NCBI GenBank assembly: GCA_910578855.1
Contig: CAJTRV010000004.1
Coordinates: 5,551 to 69,550 of the forward strand
Length of the DNA stretch: 64,000 nt
Source of the DNA: an uncultured Bacilli bacterium
GTDB taxonomy: Bacteria > Bacillota_I > Bacilli_A > RF39 > UBA660
Direction of reading: 5' to 3'
The notes under the pieces: model-generated
Told to the model about the DNA's origin: nothing
Database searches by the model: none
The model's input: the letters and a program-made list of their open reading frames with translations, nothing else
Shown here: positions 60,718 through 64,000 of the stretch, in pieces
Numbering within the stretch: position 1 is the first letter of the stretch
Layout: every line of letters begins with the position of its first letter
Position numbers and translations under genes: made by a program

Positions 60718-61263
60718 TCATTCCAGACCACCCCTTATAGATTTCATTGGTTTGGTTATGCCTCCTTCTTTCCAAACATCTGTAAGTTTAAATCTATCTA
60801 CAACCCCCATTAGTCTTGCCTTAATCCATTCATCAGAGTACCCTTTATTACGATAATAATTTACTGCTCTATTTATTGCAATTTCAGGATCAAATACTTC
60901 ATCAATCCTCTCACTACCAAGACTCGCTAACCAAACTTTAAATGGTTCGGCCTTAGGGCTAGAAACTGATTCAATTAATCTTAATATTCCATTTGTATCT
61001 AAAGTATCAGTTATACGATTTTTACCATCCCGGGCCTCCATTTTCAACTGCACGATTTCTTCGTGCAGTTCACTTCCTTCATAAATTAATCTTCTTTTTA
61101 AACCGCTCCAATAATTTCTTGGGATTTTTGCTTCAGTTAATACACTTATTACATCAGCAACGCTAAAATAATACTCTTCTTTTTCACTATCCCAAATGCT
61201 TCTTATTTCTTTACCTTCAAATAAATTTGATATTGTTTCTAATTTGTTGTTCAAATATAACAC
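60718..61263 (-). CDS. DinD/Bro-N-like protein (truncated relative to ~270 aa family members)
   Basis: FEGKEIRSIWDSEKEEYYFSVADVISVL resembles the DinD N-terminus (FEEIRHYGTEGQEFWSARELAPLL). Confidence 0.5.
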   Translation of the reverse strand: MLYLNNKLETISNLFEGKEIRSIWDSEKEEYYFSVADVISVLTEAKIPRNYWSGLKRRLIYEGSELHEEIVQLKMEARDGKNRITDTLDTNGILRLIESVSSPKAEPFKVWLASLGSERIDEVFDPEIAINRAVNYYRNKGYSDEWIKARLMGVVDRFKLTDVWKEGGITKPMKSIRGGLE

Positions 61264-61440
61264 CTCTTTTCTATGGTCTTAAATGCCGTAATCATCTTTC
61301 TAATTCTTAAATAAAAATATGGAAAATTTAAAATCGTACAACCTCCTTATTTATAGGGATTTACTTAAGAGTGCAATAAATCGTAATCAAACAGTTAATT
61401 CTGACTGATGAAAAACTTTTTTGATTACTTTCGCTATTCT
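61264..61440. repeat. Inter-cassette repeat R3 (diverged copy; pseudo-rbgA start decayed)
   Basis: Shares ttaaatg(t/c)cgtaatca, tttaag.accat and ttgattacgattta blocks with R1/R2. Confidence 0.5.
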
Positions 61441-61503
61441 TTTTTCTTGTCTCATTTTTCCCTTTTGATATATATCCATATTTTTCACTTTCTTTTCAAT
61501 AGT

Positions 61504-62064
61504 TTAAAGTTTTTTACCCATTACAATGGGTCTATCATCATAAATATGAATTCTGTTATTTATATCACTAATTAATGCAACAAGTTTTCTAGGATTTTCT
61601 ACTCCTTCAAAACTCATTCCATTTTTTATTTGTTCAATTAAATTATTAGCATAAAAATTAAAAGATATATCTCCATAATTATTTTTTTCTCTTGCAATTC
61701 CAATATGTTCTATATCAGATATATTTTCTATCCTAAATCCATTTTTAGAATTATATAGAGCTATCCTTTTATTGGTAATAAAATATTCATTATTTTTCTT
61801 TTTATATTTTAAGAATATATTATAAACTAATCCATAAATTAAACAAATTGTTAATATGCCCAAAGTAAGAAAAATTATCAAAATTTCAAAATTTAGTATT
61901 TCCCCACTTTTTATACCTATTATAATTAATATCCAAAATAATAACAATACGGCAAAACCTAATAAAAATCTACCATATTGTTTACTAGTCTTACTAACGT
62001 TTGAAACACCATAGAATAATATTTTTTCATTCTCTTCCAATTTATTTATAAACTCATTTTTCAT
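61504..62064 (-). CDS. Membrane protein with a bacterial PH (bPH_2-like) domain
   Basis: Two TM helices then a YFITNKRIALY motif. Confidence 0.5.
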   Translation of the reverse strand: MKNEFINKLEENEKILFYGVSNVSKTSKQYGRFLLGFAVLLLFWILIIIGIKSGEILNFEILIIFLTLGILTICLIYGLVYNIFLKYKKKNNEYFITNKRIALYNSKNGFRIENISDIEHIGIAREKNNYGDISFNFYANNLIEQIKNGMSFEGVENPRKLVALISDINNRIHIYDDRPIVMGKKL

Positions 62065-62201
62065 TTATCTCTCTCCTTACAATTTATTAAATATAATACC
62101 ATTTAATAAAAGAGAATTCCTTTATTAAAATCATTCTAGTTTTATCCACTATAGATTCCTCATAAGATAACCATTTATTCATTTCGAAAATGCATTTATT
62201 T

Positions 62202-62840
62202 TTATTTAAAGATTACATATGGAATGCCCATTTTATGATAAACATCATAAGCTCGTGGCCACGAGAACATTCGGGCAATTAATAAATTATAAAGTTCATC
62301 AAACATGATGATAGAACACAATGTAATTGAAAGCATTAAAAATAATTTTTTATTCATCCGTTTCGCAAGAAAAAAACACATAGGAATTATGACATACATC
62401 AACAATAAACTAGATAACCCAAAGAACATAACACTTCTTAAACAAACAAAACCATGAATGTTTCCAAAGTTTAAAATTTCCGAATTATAATCCCAACAAC
62501 GCATTCCATTTCCAATGATATACATGCCCAAACCTGATATATATTCGAGAATCCCAGTTGCAAAAAAACTAATTAAAAATACCCAGAATGGTTTTTTTCG
62601 ATGCTTGTAAGTTAATAGATAAATCATAATTGAACCTGTCGCATATATATTAATCCATGGTAAGAAATTACCACCTCGCCAATAAAATTGTTTCATACCA
62701 CCATTAAAATAATAAAATATAAATTCATAGATCCAACCAAAAATTCCGGTGATAACGATTAACAGACAACAAATTCCTAGCATCGTCCATTTATCAAACG
62801 AATGATTATTTTCTATATAATGTTTATACCATTTCTTCAT
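62202..62840 (-). CDS. Polytopic membrane protein (possibly the putative ABC-transporter type IV / DUF1113 family)
   Basis: 6 predicted TM helices. Family assignment is from memory only. Confidence 0.4.
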   Translation of the reverse strand: MKKWYKHYIENNHSFDKWTMLGICCLLIVITGIFGWIYEFIFYYFNGGMKQFYWRGGNFLPWINIYATGSIMIYLLTYKHRKKPFWVFLISFFATGILEYISGLGMYIIGNGMRCWDYNSEILNFGNIHGFVCLRSVMFFGLSSLLLMYVIIPMCFFLAKRMNKKLFLMLSITLCSIIMFDELYNLLIARMFSWPRAYDVYHKMGIPYVIFK

Positions 62841-62896
62841 ACTACTAAACTCCTACCTCATTATATCGTAAACAAAATATTAACTTAACAATTGTC

Positions 62897-64000
62897 CTAC
62901 TTTCGTTCTTCCATTTTCAATATTTTTTGTTTTCCTTTTTCATAACTGCTATCTAACACTTGCTGCTGCTTTAATAACTGTTCTTGTTGAGCCATAACCG
63001 TTTCTTCTAACGATTGTAATTCCTCTAAAAATTGTTCCACTTCAGGACTTCGATCATAAGCGAACTGTCCCATAAACTCCATCTTTAACGATTGAAGTTG
63101 ATCAAGTGAATCAGCGCAAAAATCAATCGACATCATCAAAGCATCTTTCTCTGTTTTTAATTGTTTCATTATCTTTTTTAAATCAAAATAAGCAATATCC
63201 TCGTTTCGGTCTTTGACCATATTGCGCATACCGCGAATTCCATGGTTCGTAAGCAATATCCCAGTTAGTAAGCCAAAGGCATTCTTGCGACTCTTTAATA
63301 ACGTAAAAACCCCCAGACTAGCAAACATTGTATGTTTAATTAACGATCCTAATCGAAAGAGACGACCACGTTTTCTCTTATGTTGTGGCAGTTTCCAAAG
63401 ACTCGCCTGTAATGACTCAATCATAATCCGTTGTTTGGTAATTTCTTGACTCATTTTTTTCTTTTCCAGAGTAATATCGACCATTTTCTCTTTTTGTTTA
63501 TTCAATACTTGTTTCTCTTTTTCTTTTTTTACCACTTGCTGCTTCTGCTTCACTTGCAATTGGTGAGTTCGCTCTTGACACTTCTTCAATCTTGATGCAA
63601 AGATAAGATCGGATGTTAAAAAATGTTCCTTATCTATCTTTTTTAATGTCTTATCAGAGGCAAACTTTGAAAAACGATATTGCTTTCGCATCGATAATTC
63701 TGACATATGACAAGAAAATATTTTATCATAAAGATTCGATAATTGAAGCAGAACCATTCCTATTTCCTTGTCATCAATTGATCCAGTATATTTTGCAAGT
63801 TCCCGGTCAAATTCTTTTAGTTTTTCATGACTTTCTTCTAAATATTGAGCAAGTACCACGATCGCTGGATCTTTACCCTCACCGACTTTTTTTCGTTGTG
63901 GAGAAACCAAGACCATTTCCGTGGCTTCTGCTAGCGCTATTTCTTTTTGTTCTAATTGTTCACTTACCGCATCGATCGTATCAAGTGTTTCCTCAAGTTG
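62897..64000 (-). CDS. Coiled-coil protein, C-terminal part (the frame stays open upstream to the window end)
   Basis: K/E/Q-rich heptad-like sequence. No stop between 63917 and 64000 in frame. Confidence 0.45.
   Translation of the reverse strand, partial: QLEETLDTIDAVSEQLEQKEIALAEATEMVLVSPQRKKVGEGKDPAIVVLAQYLEESHEKLKEFDRELAKYTGSIDDKEIGMVLLQLSNLYDKIFSCHMSELSMRKQYRFSKFASDKTLKKIDKEHFLTSDLIFASRLKKCQERTHQLQVKQKQQVVKKEKEKQVLNKQKEKMVDITLEKKKMSQEITKQRIMIESLQASLWKLPQHKRKRGRLFRLGSLIKHTMFASLGVFTLLKSRKNAFGLLTGILLTNHGIRGMRNMVKDRNEDIAYFDLKKIMKQLKTEKDALMMSIDFCADSLDQLQSLKMEFMGQFAYDRSPEVEQFLEELQSLEETVMAQQEQLLKQQQVLDSSYEKGKQKILKMEERK

Larger units (their letters stand above)
55095..61440 (-). mobile_element. 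AT-rich tandem cassette array (3 cassettes) serially inserted at the 5' end of rbgA
   Basis: GC drop, three R repeats each duplicating the rbgA 5' end, antirepressor-type and toxin-antitoxin-like cargo, pseudogenes. Confidence 0.5.

Noticed and set aside
56954-61440. CRISPR array
   Set aside because: The repeated elements R1-R3 are 170-260 bp, AT-rich and gene-bounded. They are not 25-40 bp direct repeats with unique spacers. No CRISPR-like periodicity occurs anywhere in the window.

Overview
Low-GC Firmicutes chromosome segment from a sporeformer (sspI, sigH, SpoVD/SpoVE-type division genes and YjcZ-like tiny proteins are present). The core content is:
- a dnaE 5' end;
- a hybrid histidine kinase + Hpt-REC phosphorelay;
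- a minus-strand dcw cluster (mraZ-rsmH-ftsL-PBP-deacetylase-PBP-mraY-ftsW/spoVE);
- prsA, truB, cysS, a cysteine-synthase paralogue and two tRNAs (CAU and Leu-UAG);
- a cortex/LysM/GH25 cell-wall cluster;
- ppdK, xerC/D, ytxH-like genes, trmB, a DUF2207-LemA pair, sspI and PFOR;
- the sigH-rlmB-mrnC-rbgA operon.
Two AT-rich accessory regions stand out.
1. Next to the tRNAs (24.3-29.6 kb) is an island with an IS256 transposase remnant, a GGR-like flavoprotein, a WYL-domain regulator, a SIS-like unknown protein and an FkbM methyltransferase.
2. Upstream of rbgA (55.1-61.4 kb) is a tandem array of three cassettes. Each is bounded by a 170-260 bp repeat that carries a pseudo-copy of the rbgA RBS plus the first ~18 codons (two intact copies, one decayed). 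Each cassette is headed by an antirepressor-like protein (RhuM, KilA-N, DinD-like). Two cassettes contain a mosaic small-protein paralogue translationally coupled to a variable partner, one of which is a zeta-toxin-like P-loop kinase.
The second region is the best candidate for an undescribed toxin-antitoxin-like or defence cassette system in a serial-integration hotspot. All calls come from reading the sequence and the ORF translations by eye. No database search was run.
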